Virus record (IMG/VR): IMGVR_UViG_3300006175_000002
Coordinates: 39,390 to 103,389 of that record
Origin: a virus
Strand: one strand, 5' to 3'
DNA: 64,000 nt
The notes beneath the pieces are model-generated. The model did no database searches. It was given only the letters and a program-made list of their open reading frames with translations, and was not told where the DNA came from. The translations under genes were made by a program, and so were the position numbers. Positions 1-9,700 of this stretch are shown in pieces (position 1 is the first letter of the stretch; each line of letters begins with the position of its first letter).

Positions 1-127
1 ACTACCACTCCGATGGGCTGCGCGGCCCGTATCGGATTTGTGTGGAGCCGTCGCAGGGTTGCTACCAGGGCAACGGGTTCATGGTTCACAACTCGGCCAC
101 GTGCCAGTGCGTTCGGAGGCGATCGCG

Positions 128-400
128 GTGAGCCAGGATCGGGAGATTCGTAACGTCTCAGTGTCGATCTTCGTGCAGGCTCGGGACGGTTGGTACCGGT
201 GGACCTGCAACCGGTGCGGCTACCGGTCAGACCCGGAGCCCGGCGACGGCAGTTCGGCCACGCAGGCGGTCATGGCGCACTACGAACCGCCCGGCTGCCC
301 GGGGCCGCTGCCATTCGCGCCGCCCTCCGTAAAGCCGTGGCGCGCCTGGCTGAATCGGCTGTTCGACCGCCTCGACCACTGGTTGGGGCTGCCGTCATGA
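128..400 (+). CDS. small zinc-finger-like hypothetical protein
   Basis: GGAGG at 115-119 then GTG 128; WTCNRCGY...H motif; ATGA overlap with the next gene. Confidence 0.55.
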   Translation: MSQDREIRNVSVSIFVQARDGWYRWTCNRCGYRSDPEPGDGSSATQAVMAHYEPPGCPGPLPFAPPSVKPWRAWLNRLFDRLDHWLGLPS

Positions 401-699
401 CCGCCGTCGTTCAGGTCAACGTCCCAGCCCTGTACGCCGCCCTCGACCAGACGCGGGAGCAACGCGGCCTCACCTGGCGGCAAGTCGCGATCCAATTACA
501 AATCAGCCCGTCCACGTTCAGCCGCATGTCCGAGGGCGGCAAACCCTCAGCGGACATCTTCGTGTCATTGACATCATGGCTGCGTCAGCCGGCGGAAACG
601 TTCACGATCGGCTCAGTCGACCCGAGTGCTACCAGTAGTGTCGGCGCCCACCGACCGGGCGACCGACCGAACCCAACACGAACAGTACCCCGCCGATGA
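397..699 (+). CDS. XRE-family helix-turn-helix protein
   Basis: ATG 397; ALDQTREQRGLTWRQVAIQLQISPSTFSRMSEGGKPS is a typical HTH_3 pattern. Confidence 0.8.
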   Translation: MTAVVQVNVPALYAALDQTREQRGLTWRQVAIQLQISPSTFSRMSEGGKPSADIFVSLTSWLRQPAETFTIGSVDPSATSSVGAHRPGDRPNPTRTVPRR

Positions 700-784
700 T
701 CAGCAGGATCACCCCGATAGTCCAGAAGATCGGAATCCCGAGCAGGAACCCGATCACCATGAGGATGATACCGAGAGTGATCAC
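629..784 (-). CDS. small two-TM membrane protein (DUF6131-like), 51 aa, absent from ORF track
   Basis: Hand translation VITLGIILMVIGFLLGIPIFWTIGVILLIIGGVLFVLGSVGRPVGGRRHYW; purine-rich SD upstream. Confidence 0.7.
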   Translation of the reverse strand: MITLGIILMVIGFLLGIPIFWTIGVILLIIGGVLFVLGSVGRPVGGRRHYW

Positions 785-805
785 AACTGGCCTTCCCCTT
801 GCGTC

Positions 806-1162
806 TTACTTGCCCAGCGTGCGGATACCGATAGCTATAGCCAGAAGCGCAGCCAACCCCGCTATCACCGCCAGCAGCTTCTGCACCGGCGACCACGTCC
901 GTTCCACCTGCGCCCGACGGGCCTCGTCGGCGTCCTTCAACGCCTTCGCGGTCGCGATCACCGTCGCCGCGTTCGCCTCAGCCTGATCCGCGAGGCGTTG
1001 CACCGCCAACGTCAACTCATGCATCTCGCGGGCAATATCGGCCAACGAACCGTTGATGGCTGCGAAGTGCTCGTCGTGGCCGGCGAGACGAGTCGCGATC
1101 TCGCCGGCCACCACTCCCGCTTCATGGCCCCGACCGTAGGCGTCCTCGTCGCTGGCTGTCAC
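806..1162 (-). CDS. coiled-coil protein with C-terminal TM helix (holin/lysis-associated candidate)
   Basis: GTGA overlap with upstream gene; heptad-rich body, hydrophobic C-terminus LLAVIAGLAALLAIAIG. Confidence 0.6.
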   Translation of the reverse strand: MTASDEDAYGRGHEAGVVAGEIATRLAGHDEHFAAINGSLADIAREMHELTLAVQRLADQAEANAATVIATAKALKDADEARRAQVERTWSPVQKLLAVIAGLAALLAIAIGIRTLGK

Positions 1163-1668
1163 GCCTGGATCTCCTCGACGATTTCGCACGTGATCGCCGC
1201 GTCGTACCGCCACAACGCCTGATCCGCGACAGCCCGCGGCGGCGGCATCGTCGACGACAACCGCTCACCGACGGCCAGCAGTTGCGACAGTTGCCCGGTC
1301 ACCGGATCCATCGCATGGTCCGCGGCCTGGACCAGCGGCGCGTTCCGCAGCACCGCACACACAAAATCCACAATGGACGGGAACTGAAGGTCGACGTTGG
1401 GTTCGTCGAACTGCCCGAACCACAACAACCACACGTCGATCTGCCACGTCAACTCTTTCAACCCGCCGGAGGACAGGACACCCGGCCGGGCCCGCGGGAC
1501 CGCCTTACGCACCTCGTCGTGGTGGGAGCCGTAAATGTAGGCACCAGCGTTCGCGGAGTCGTTGGCCGGCAACGGCATGATGAACGCCTCCAGCTGGCCG
1601 AGGCCGAGCGGAAGGTTCAAGCCGTTCAGTTGCGTGTACAGGTACTGCTGGCAGGTGTTGAGCGGCAT
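1159..1668 (-). CDS. putative head/tail completion (tail-terminator-like) protein
   Basis: Position downstream of capsid and adaptor genes; size and beta-rich end (WRYDAAITCEIVEEIQA). Confidence 0.5.
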   Translation of the reverse strand: MPLNTCQQYLYTQLNGLNLPLGLGQLEAFIMPLPANDSANAGAYIYGSHHDEVRKAVPRARPGVLSSGGLKELTWQIDVWLLWFGQFDEPNVDLQFPSIVDFVCAVLRNAPLVQAADHAMDPVTGQLSQLLAVGERLSSTMPPPRAVADQALWRYDAAITCEIVEEIQA

Positions 1669-1675
1669 GGGTGGG

Positions 1676-1890
1676 CTACCCCCTTCGGCTCCTGGGCTTC
1701 CACCCGGTACGAGCTATCCAATCTCTCGTTGCCTTACGCGCGCACGTTCGACATGAACGGCCACCTCTTGGAAGAATGTAAGTATTCTCCGTGTCGTAGG
1801 GGTGGCCTTGGGGGCAGTGAGTCTTCCGACTGTTGTTGCCCCACGGGGAAACTCCGCGGTCGGTGTTTCATGGGCCCTTGCGACAGGTTC
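1676..1890 (-). pseudogene. C-terminal remnant of an actinophage HNH endonuclease
   Basis: Reads EPVARAHE/(frameshift)NTDRGVSPWGNNSRKTHCPQGHPYDTENTY...RSCRTC; no start codon in frame. Confidence 0.65.
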
Positions 1891-1891
1891 T

Positions 1892-2845
1892 CTACAAAAA
1901 CCTGCCGTAGCTGTGTATGAGTTCGTACGCGAGCTTCATCAACTGCTCCGCGGTCTGCGGGCCCCCGCCGGCCGCGCCACCCGACGTGGACTGCACCACT
2001 GTTGCCGTCGACCCCCGCTGCAACGCCTGCGCCACCGCGATGTAGATCGCCGCCTGCATCAGGCCCTCAGGCATCGTCGTCACCAGAACGCCCGGGTCGT
2101 GGGGGAACGCGGTCGCGGTCGCCAGCGTCAGCGTCCCCGGACCAGATGAGGCGCCCGTGGTCGTCGGTGTCACCGCCGACACGGTTACGAACTCCTGGGA
2201 CCCGCCCACGTCGTAGATGTTTGCCCCGGCCCCGGCTGCCCATCCGACGATGTCCGAGACAGTCAGCGACGTTGCCCCGACAGCCGCCGCCGCGGTCAGG
2301 GAGGTGTGCGGCCATCCGGACGTGTACGTGACCTCGATCGTGATGCCCTGCCGGCCACCCCACCACCACGACAGCCAGCCCGGTGCGACGAGGATCGCTT
2401 GCCCGCCGTCACCAGCCGCCGACGGGGCTACCCCGCTGATCGGCTGCTCGGGGCGGAACTGGTCGGCGGGGATCGTCTGCCACTGCGGCGGGAACGCCCC
2501 GGTGGGGGTCGACCGGCCGCTGACGATGCCGGTGACCGGGGTGGCGGAGGTGAGGAGCCGCCCAACCCCCGTGTTGACGTTGACGTTGCAGCGGAACGAG
2601 CCGGGCCCGACGAACGTTTCCACGTTCAGCGCCGCCCGCAGCACCTGGTTCGCGTTCGACTCGAGGATCGCGCTGGCGCGGGCGCAGATGTTCATCTGCT
2701 CGTTCAGTTGCTGCTCTGTGGTGGCGCCGCGGTTGGGGATCGTGGCCCAACTGATCCCGGTCACCGACGCGCGGAGCACCGCTGGTGTGATGTAGGGGGT
2801 GCTGGGGCCGATGATCGCTACCCCGGCGGGGTTGTCCGTGCCCAC
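1892..2845 (-). CDS. putative head-tail adaptor/connector protein
   Basis: YITPAVLR N-terminus, IEVTYTSGW and P.GLMQAAIYIA...LIHSY motifs typical of gp6/gp15-like adaptors; position after capsid. Confidence 0.6.
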   Translation of the reverse strand: MGTDNPAGVAIIGPSTPYITPAVLRASVTGISWATIPNRGATTEQQLNEQMNICARASAILESNANQVLRAALNVETFVGPGSFRCNVNVNTGVGRLLTSATPVTGIVSGRSTPTGAFPPQWQTIPADQFRPEQPISGVAPSAAGDGGQAILVAPGWLSWWWGGRQGITIEVTYTSGWPHTSLTAAAAVGATSLTVSDIVGWAAGAGANIYDVGGSQEFVTVSAVTPTTTGASSGPGTLTLATATAFPHDPGVLVTTMPEGLMQAAIYIAVAQALQRGSTATVVQSTSGGAAGGGPQTAEQLMKLAYELIHSYGRFL

Positions 2846-2875
2846 AGCACACCTCCCTCGTTGGCTCGTTGCAGG

Positions 2876-3373
2876 TCAGGGCCGGGTACGTGGCCGGCCT
2901 GGGCCGCGCTTCTCCGGCACGCTGTCCGCAGGTACGTCGGACCCGTCGTCGCCGACCGGCTGCGTGGCTGTATCCGCCTGGCTGGCCAGCAGCATCCCGG
3001 TCAGCGCTGCCCGTTCCTCTGACGACAGGGCCGCGATCTGGGCCAGCAGCGACGGCGCCTCAGCCGGCGCCTGCGAGCCGGTGATCTTCGCGAACTCGGC
3101 GGCGAGGGAGCTGGGGTCGCCCCACGTGCGGTTGCGGCGCCGGTCCGCGTCCCGCTCCGCCCGCTCCGTCTCCGCGATCTCGTCCGGGGTGAGGGCCACC
3201 CCTTCCGGGGTCACCGCGGCGCCGGTCTTCATCGCCAGGATGATCGGCTCACACTTCTCGCACACGACTTCGCCGCGCTCGCCGGCGGGTCCGCCGTCGT
3301 GGGGTTCGCCGCAGCCGCCCCGCTCGACGGGGACGGTGATGCTCAGGTGATCGGTGGGTAGGAAGACGCTCAC
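2876..3373 (-). CDS. hypothetical protein (CxxH/CxxC)
   Basis: GGAGGAG SD and GTG 3373 overlapping the upstream stop. Confidence 0.6.
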   Translation of the reverse strand: MSVFLPTDHLSITVPVERGGCGEPHDGGPAGERGEVVCEKCEPIILAMKTGAAVTPEGVALTPDEIAETERAERDADRRRNRTWGDPSSLAAEFAKITGSQAPAEAPSLLAQIAALSSEERAALTGMLLASQADTATQPVGDDGSDVPADSVPEKRGPGRPRTRP

Positions 3374-3654
3374 GTCGACTCCTCCAGTGTTGTGGCGGCG
3401 CCGCAGCGTCCGCAGATCTTCGTCCATACGTTCCATAGCCGCGCCGGTTGGCACGACCGGCACCACCGGCCCCGGCGGGTACCGAGGTGGTGCTGTTCCC
3501 TCGCCACGATCACCCCGGAGCCCTGGTACCAGGACTTCTGGATCGTGTCCACGTGCCGGTCGGCGACCTGCACAGTGCCACGCCGGTCAGCGTCGTAGCG
3601 GCGCCCGTCCGGGAAGTCGATACCGGTGCAACCCGGCGGCAACGCCACCCGCAT
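3370..3654 (-). CDS. hypothetical zinc-ribbon protein
   Basis: GAGGAGGAG SD; CRSC...CGRC. Confidence 0.65.
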   Translation of the reverse strand: MRVALPPGCTGIDFPDGRRYDADRRGTVQVADRHVDTIQKSWYQGSGVIVAREQHHLGTRRGRWCRSCQPARLWNVWTKICGRCGAATTLEEST

Positions 3655-3679
3655 AGTTCTCTCCTCCTCTGAGAAGCGG

Positions 3680-3949
3680 TCAGGTCTGGAGCACGCTGAC
3701 TGTGGATGTACTCGACGCCGTGATGGCGTACAACGCGTCGCCCGGGTAGAGGGGAATGTTGACGCTGGACGAGGTGGCCAGCGAATAGCCGGTCCCCGAC
3801 GCGACGTGCGCGCCGCCGAGGAGAACAGCGGTGCCGGAGCCGTTGGCGACGAGGACGTTGCCGACCGGCCCAGGCGCCGAAGAGTTCGGCACCTGGGCCA
3901 GCAGCACGGCTGTCGTGCCCACGGTGTACTGCTGCGACCCGACAGCCAT
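3680..3949 (-). CDS. small virion structural protein (decoration-like)
   Basis: Ser/Thr/Ala/Gly-rich beta-type protein within the capsid operon. Confidence 0.55.
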   Translation of the reverse strand: MAVGSQQYTVGTTAVLLAQVPNSSAPGPVGNVLVANGSGTAVLLGGAHVASGTGYSLATSSSVNIPLYPGDALYAITASSTSTVSVLQT

Positions 3950-3954
3950 CGACG

Positions 3955-4491
3955 TCAGCCGACCAGTCGGCCGATGAGCTGCGCGGCGTACACGGAGCTG
4001 GCGGTGGCGTTACCGACCGCGTTCACCGTCACCGACGTGGACCCGTCCAGCACCGCAATGACTGGCCCGAACGGCACCGACCCGACCGCGCCGGTGGTGC
4101 TGATCAGACCGAACGGGATGTTCGTCAGAAGGGTCGTGGAACCCTTCTTGAGGTTGAAGTTGTGAGAGTCGGCGGCGACGACGGTGGTACCTGAGATTGC
4201 CAGGGTGCCGCTGATCTCGTACGTGCCCGCCGCCGGTGTGGTCAGCGTGGCAATGGCGGTACCGGCGGTCGGTGCCGCCGCGGTCGCGCTGTTCTGGACG
4301 GTGGCGGCCTGGTCGCGGTACTGGCCGACCCCGGCGTAGAACACGCCACCGCTGGCGCCGATCGACTTGACCGCGTTCCCGGACGTGTCCGACTCCGCGA
4401 CCAGTGCGGCGGTGATCCCCGCCGCCGGCTGAATGAAGCCACCTGTGACTGGGCTGTCTGAGCCCTGTGCGATGAAATTGGTGTTGGCCAT
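3955..4491 (-). CDS. virion structural protein
   Basis: Ala/Thr/Gly-rich, beta-sandwich-like C-terminus, tight operon spacing. Confidence 0.6.
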   Translation of the reverse strand: MANTNFIAQGSDSPVTGGFIQPAAGITAALVAESDTSGNAVKSIGASGGVFYAGVGQYRDQAATVQNSATAAAPTAGTAIATLTTPAAGTYEISGTLAISGTTVVAADSHNFNLKKGSTTLLTNIPFGLISTTGAVGSVPFGPVIAVLDGSTSVTVNAVGNATASSVYAAQLIGRLVG

Positions 4492-4492
4492 G

Positions 4493-4792
4493 TTACGCCG
4501 CCAACACTGCGGTCGTCGCGACCGTGATCGAGATCGGTGCCGTCAGCGACGTGTCCGCCCTGATGACATCCGTCACGATCGACTGCGTGAGCTGGTTCGC
4601 CGCACGGATCGTTGTCTGCGGCCAGTAGATCGTGACCGTGCCCGACGCGTTCGTTGCCGTCGCGTTCGTGTCCGATACCGACAGGATCGGTAGTCCGTTG
4701 AACTTCGCGGCGATCGTGTCCCCGTCACCGCTGGACGCGGCCACGACTGTGACGACTGTGCGCCACGTGGCCGTCCCCGAAATCAAACTCAT
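4493..4792 (-). CDS. small virion structural protein
   Basis: GAGGA SD; immediately downstream of the capsid gene. Confidence 0.6.
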   Translation of the reverse strand: MSLISGTATWRTVVTVVAASSGDGDTIAAKFNGLPILSVSDTNATATNASGTVTIYWPQTTIRAANQLTQSIVTDVIRADTSLTAPISITVATTAVLAA

Positions 4793-4886
4793 GGTTCCTC
4801 ACTTCGCATTTTGCCCGCCCACACCGGCACGGCCCGCTTTCCAGACGGGCCGCGCCGGCAATGGCTGTTTGGTGTGTGGGGACGGT

Positions 4887-6761
4887 TCAGGACCAGGTGC
4901 CGGTCGACCCGGAACGGTCGCTGGCCTGGATGCCCTGAAGGATCGCCGAGTACTGCGGCGCGTTCGCAACGACCGCGCCGTAGGTGAACATCGAGTACCG
5001 GAACGTCGCGTCGATGACCGGCCACGAGATCGACAGGTAGTCCTGGACCAGGTTCACCTCGAACGCGTTGCCCACGTTCGACCAGCCGAACGGCAGGTTG
5101 TACGACATCAGCAGAACGGTGCCCTGCGGGAACCACGGGTGGACCAGGATCCGCACAATGCTGCGCGTAACCGGGTTGACGAACTCGCTGACCGCCGCAC
5201 CAGCCCGGACGCCGGGGGTGTCGGTCGGCTGAATGAACAGCCGGTAGTTCGTCGCGTTGCCCGACTGCACGATGTCGTCGGAGAGACGCATGATGTCGCC
5301 GCCCTCACCGACCAACTCGGCCGGGTCGGCGCGGAACGCGCCGGAGCCGTCGTAGACACCCTTCAACGCGTTGTTGATGACCGAAATGCCGAGGGTGTCG
5401 CCCACGGACTGGTTGATGTAGCCGCCCTGCCAACCGGTCGGGTAGATGTTCCCCGCCGAGTGACCGGAAATGACCGACACCAAGCCCTCCTGGCTGTACG
5501 CCGAAGAGGTACCTGTGTCCGACGACGGGGCCAGCGTGCCGGTGGTTGGTACCGCACCCTGCAAGGTGTAGTTCAAACCGCCGACCTTGGACACCATGAT
5601 GTGGTAGGTGCTTGCCGCCGGGGCCGAACCCACCGACACGTAGATGTTGTACCAAAGCGCCCCGGCGACCGGTGCGATCTGCACATCCACCACGCTCGTG
5701 CCGGACGTCACGGACGACGCGGCAGCAGCAGTCGACACCGCAGTCTCGCCGAACCATGTGGCGGCCGACACCTTGACGTCGAGGATGTTGCTCGTGATCG
5801 TGCCCGACAGCGCCGTCTCACCGGAGTTCGCGGCGCGGGTTGTCACGGTCGGGGCCGAAGGAGTGGTCAGCGCGGTGGAGGTACCCGCGATGTCCATGTA
5901 CTCCTCGCCGAGCATGAACTCCTGCAAGAGGATGAGGTTCGCCAGGCCGGCGACGTCCTCGAAGCCCTGACCGGCGAACTGGGCCAGCCACGACACGTTC
6001 TCAGACAGACCGCTGAACCGGTACGGGACGAGGATGTTCACGGAGTCCTGCACACCCGATGGGGGCAGGTTCAACGGCCAGTTGTTCATGTTCGGTGAGC
6101 CGGACACCAGCTCGGGGATACCGAGGTTGACGACCTGACCACCGCTGGATCCGGTCTGGCTGCCGGAGATCCCGGTAACGACCTTCTCTTGGTACGAGGT
6201 GCCCTGACCCTGGGTGCGGGGCAGCTTGTTCCGGAACGGCGTGTACACCGGGTAGATCAGCCGGGTCGGTGCGACCAGGTTGTACGGCACGAGGCCGGTC
6301 GCGTTCGGGGCGGTGAGGGTGAAGTTCTTGCCGGTGAACTGCGTCAGTTGCTGCTGCAACTGGGCGGTCCACGCGTCCATCATGGCCTGCTGCGGCGTGT
6401 TCCCGAGGAACGACCCGAAGCCCTTCCGGAATTCGGGGGTGAGGGTCTTGTAGACCTCACCGGGCGCGGCGAGGCTGCTGCGGACCGCGGCCTTCCACGC
6501 CTTCTCGGCCCGCATCGCCCGGGAGAACACCTTCTCCGGGTCGGTGAGTGGCTGGTTCGCGCCGGGGTTGATACCGCCGACGTACGCCTTGTCGGTGACG
6601 GCGTACCCGGCACCCTTGACGAGGGTTGTCATGGCCTCGGTGAGGCGCTGCGCGGCGCGGCTGGGGGTGCCCGGGTCCTCACCGAACCCGCCGGTGATGG
6701 CGTAGTCGGGGTCCAGGCCGGTGGCCGCGGGCGCGACCACCGTTGCGACGTCTGTACTCAT
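4887..6761 (-). CDS. major capsid protein (HK97-fold) with inserted Ig/FN3-like domain
   Basis: GAAAGGG SD, ATG 6761; LIYPVYTPFRNKLPR and IVRILVHPWFPQGTVLLMS...APQYSAILQGI motifs; central Thr/Ser-rich insertion; follows protease/scaffold. Confidence 0.8.
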   Translation of the reverse strand: MSTDVATVVAPAATGLDPDYAITGGFGEDPGTPSRAAQRLTEAMTTLVKGAGYAVTDKAYVGGINPGANQPLTDPEKVFSRAMRAEKAWKAAVRSSLAAPGEVYKTLTPEFRKGFGSFLGNTPQQAMMDAWTAQLQQQLTQFTGKNFTLTAPNATGLVPYNLVAPTRLIYPVYTPFRNKLPRTQGQGTSYQEKVVTGISGSQTGSSGGQVVNLGIPELVSGSPNMNNWPLNLPPSGVQDSVNILVPYRFSGLSENVSWLAQFAGQGFEDVAGLANLILLQEFMLGEEYMDIAGTSTALTTPSAPTVTTRAANSGETALSGTITSNILDVKVSAATWFGETAVSTAAAASSVTSGTSVVDVQIAPVAGALWYNIYVSVGSAPAASTYHIMVSKVGGLNYTLQGAVPTTGTLAPSSDTGTSSAYSQEGLVSVISGHSAGNIYPTGWQGGYINQSVGDTLGISVINNALKGVYDGSGAFRADPAELVGEGGDIMRLSDDIVQSGNATNYRLFIQPTDTPGVRAGAAVSEFVNPVTRSIVRILVHPWFPQGTVLLMSYNLPFGWSNVGNAFEVNLVQDYLSISWPVIDATFRYSMFTYGAVVANAPQYSAILQGIQASDRSGSTGTWS

Positions 6762-6787
6762 GAAGTGCCCTTTCGGGTGCGCGTTCG

Positions 6788-9700
6788 CTAGCTGATTTTC
6801 GTGAGCAGTCGACCCAACTGGTCTTCTGCCTGCTCGCGGATGGTCGGGTTGTCGGACCCGGCCATCTTTTGCAGGTAAGTGACGTAGTCGGCGTCGGCTG
6901 CCGCTTTTTGCAGTTGTGCCTGTTCGACCAGCGAAACGCGTTCCACGGGAACGATGGCGGGTGCTGTCGTCTGGGCTTTCGCGACGGTGACCGCGCCCCG
7001 GATCGGGGCCTGGGTCGGGTCGGGTGCTGCTCCCAACTCGTCGATTTCGGCGCGCAACGCGTCGATCTCGCGGCGGTGACTCTTGGTGGCCTTGACCACG
7101 GCGGACTTGACGGCGCCCTTGATGAGCTGGGCGAGGGCGTACTCGTTGAGTCCGGCCGCCACGGGCGGCTGCTCGTCGTAGTCGTCGTCGCTGTAGCTCT
7201 TGGTGGCGTAGGCGATCGCGGCCGGGTCGGTGGGGTGGGGTCGGCTGGTGGCCTGCATGTCGGCGGGCATCACGGGCCGCGACTCGGCCATGGGGCACAT
7301 GCCGGGAATCGTGGCCACCAAGTGGTCGTGCAACGCCTTCATTGTGGTCGCGACCGCGGCGCGGCTCGCGGTGGTGTAGAAGTCGCGGGCGGCGCCGGAC
7401 GCGGTCGATGTGGTGGGCAGGTTATCGCCCCGGTCCGACGGTGACTGCGCCTGGTGCCCTTCGGTGATCAAGCCGCGGTGGAAGTCGTCGGGGTGGATGG
7501 TGTGCGCCACGGGCGGCACCATCGGGATCCGGGTCGCGGGGGCCGTCATGGTGGCGTGGCCGGCGGCGATGTAGCCGCGCCGGTAGTCCTCAGGCTGCGG
7601 CGGTGGCCCGAAACTCTTCGCGACCATGTCGGCGCGGGCGTCGGCGAGCATCGCCGGCTCGAGGTGTTGGACGATGATGTCGGCGTTGTCGTGGAGGACA
7701 CCGGCGTACACAACCTCGGTGGTGTTGCCCGTTTCGGCGGCCTTGAGGACGAGGGTGTCGAACACGGACGGGTCAACGGCGTCGGCGACGCTGCTGAGCG
7801 CCGGGTAGGCCTGGGTGACGGCGCCCCATTCGTAGGCGGGGCACAGCGCGTCGTGCATGCGTTGGGTGGCGTAGGTCTTCATCACGCTCGCCGAGACGTG
7901 GTCGTGTTCGATGTCGGGTGTGGTGGTCATGCCTGCGTCGGCCTCCAGTGCTTCGACGGCGTCGCCGTCCGGCTCGCGGTGCGGCCCGGCGGGTAGGACG
8001 TCGGGCGGCAGGAGCCGCTTCTTGTCGGATGGGGGGGCGGTGCTCTTAGCCATGTCGACTCCTGCTGCCTTGATTCTGTGAATGCCGCGTAGTTTCGCGT
8101 TCCGGCCGTACGCTCCGGCGAGTTCGTCAACGAGCATGGGTTTAGTGAAGGGCTTGCCGTTGCTGCGTTTCGTGTCAACGTTCCACCGGTCGGCGAGCGC
8201 CCGAAGTTCGGCCGCCTTCATGCCGCCCATGATTGAGGCGGCCGCATCGCGGTTGGATGCTCCGGCGAGTTTGCGCCACGCGGCGTCGCCCGGGTGCTCG
8301 CCCTGACTGACCGATGCTCGGGCTGCTTCGTCGCGCGCCGCCTGCGATCCGGGCATCGCCCGGACCGGTCCGTGGCCGAGCGGAGTAGATCCGGACAGTG
8401 TTCGGACGGGAGGCGCGTCGATCATGCCGCCGCCGCGTCGCATCCGCGCCTCATGCGCCGCCTGGTTGCCTTGGACGGTGGGGTAGATGCCCATGCCGGT
8501 CGAGTCGCCGAGCCGCCCCACCTTCGCGTCGTGCTCAGCGCGGAACCGGGCCACCGCCTGCTCCACGGCCGCCGCCTGCTCCTCGCGGGTTAGTTTCCGG
8601 GGCCCGGACGCGTCGTGAATCTGGTTGCTGCCGTGCCCGTACGGGTTGATCGCGAACGAGTTCTCGAGCGCGCGGCGGTGTCGGTGTTCCCCGACCTGCC
8701 CGGCGATCTCGTGGGCCGGTGCGCCGCGGCGGGGCTTCACACCCTCCCGACGGGCCTCGGCCTGCCACGCGGGGCGGGACCGGCCGTCGAACGAGTCGTG
8801 ACCGGGCCCCTTCGCCGGCTTCGCCCCACCCAACAGTTCGGTGTGGCGCTGCTCCCGCGCCTCCGCGAAGTGTCGGGCCGCGATCTCCCCGGCACGGGCC
8901 GCGGTCGTCGGCACCCGCTTCTGCGGCTTCTTGCCGTCGGCTTCCGCCCGTGCCCACTCCGCGCGTACCTCCTGCTCGATGCGGTGTTGCCTCTCAGTAA
9001 GGGCACGGTCGGCGTCATGCGTAGCCGGCACGTTACTGTCGTCCTCCGGTACCGGCCGTGCGTTGCCATGCGTGGACGGCACATTCCCGATGAACGAACC
9101 CGCCTTCGGCTCCGTTTCCTTACCGTGCCGCCGCTCCAACCGCTTCCGCTGCTCGTTCGCCTGCATCACGTGATGCATCGCCTGATCGTGCTGGCCGTGG
9201 GCGGCCTCGTCGTGCGCCATCGCCAAATGCTGATGCAGGTTCCGTTCCGCGACGGTCATCTTCCCCGACGTCGACGGCGCGCCGCTGGTGATCCTCCCGG
9301 CGTGCTCCATCAACCGGTCCGCCAACGCCTTATCCTTGTCGGAGTTGGCAACCATCGACGCCGCGTGCAGGTGGTTCGTCGCCTCAGCCCACTTGCCCTT
9401 AGCCATCGCCTCATGGTGGGCCTTCATGTGCCCATGCAGCCGCGGGTTCGGACCGGGCCCCACCCAGATCCAACCGTGTTTCCACTCGTGGACACCGGCC
9501 TTCGTCAGCAACGCCTGCGCAGCCTTGCCGAGCATCTTCGGCAGCTTCTTCCCACAATCAGCGCAGCGCCGCGCGCCCGGCTCGTTGCTGGCACCGCACT
9601 TGAAACACTTCAACCCGCCGGCCTTCGTCACCATCGTGGCCTTCGGGAGTTTCTTGCCGCACCCCTCACACTTGCGGGTCTTCGCGTCCGCGTCATACGC

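Noticed and set aside
6762-7298. N-terminal 179 aa of the 803-aa ORF as part of the capsid protein
   Set aside because: Overlaps the scaffold gene in another frame; SD and ATG at 6761 define the true start
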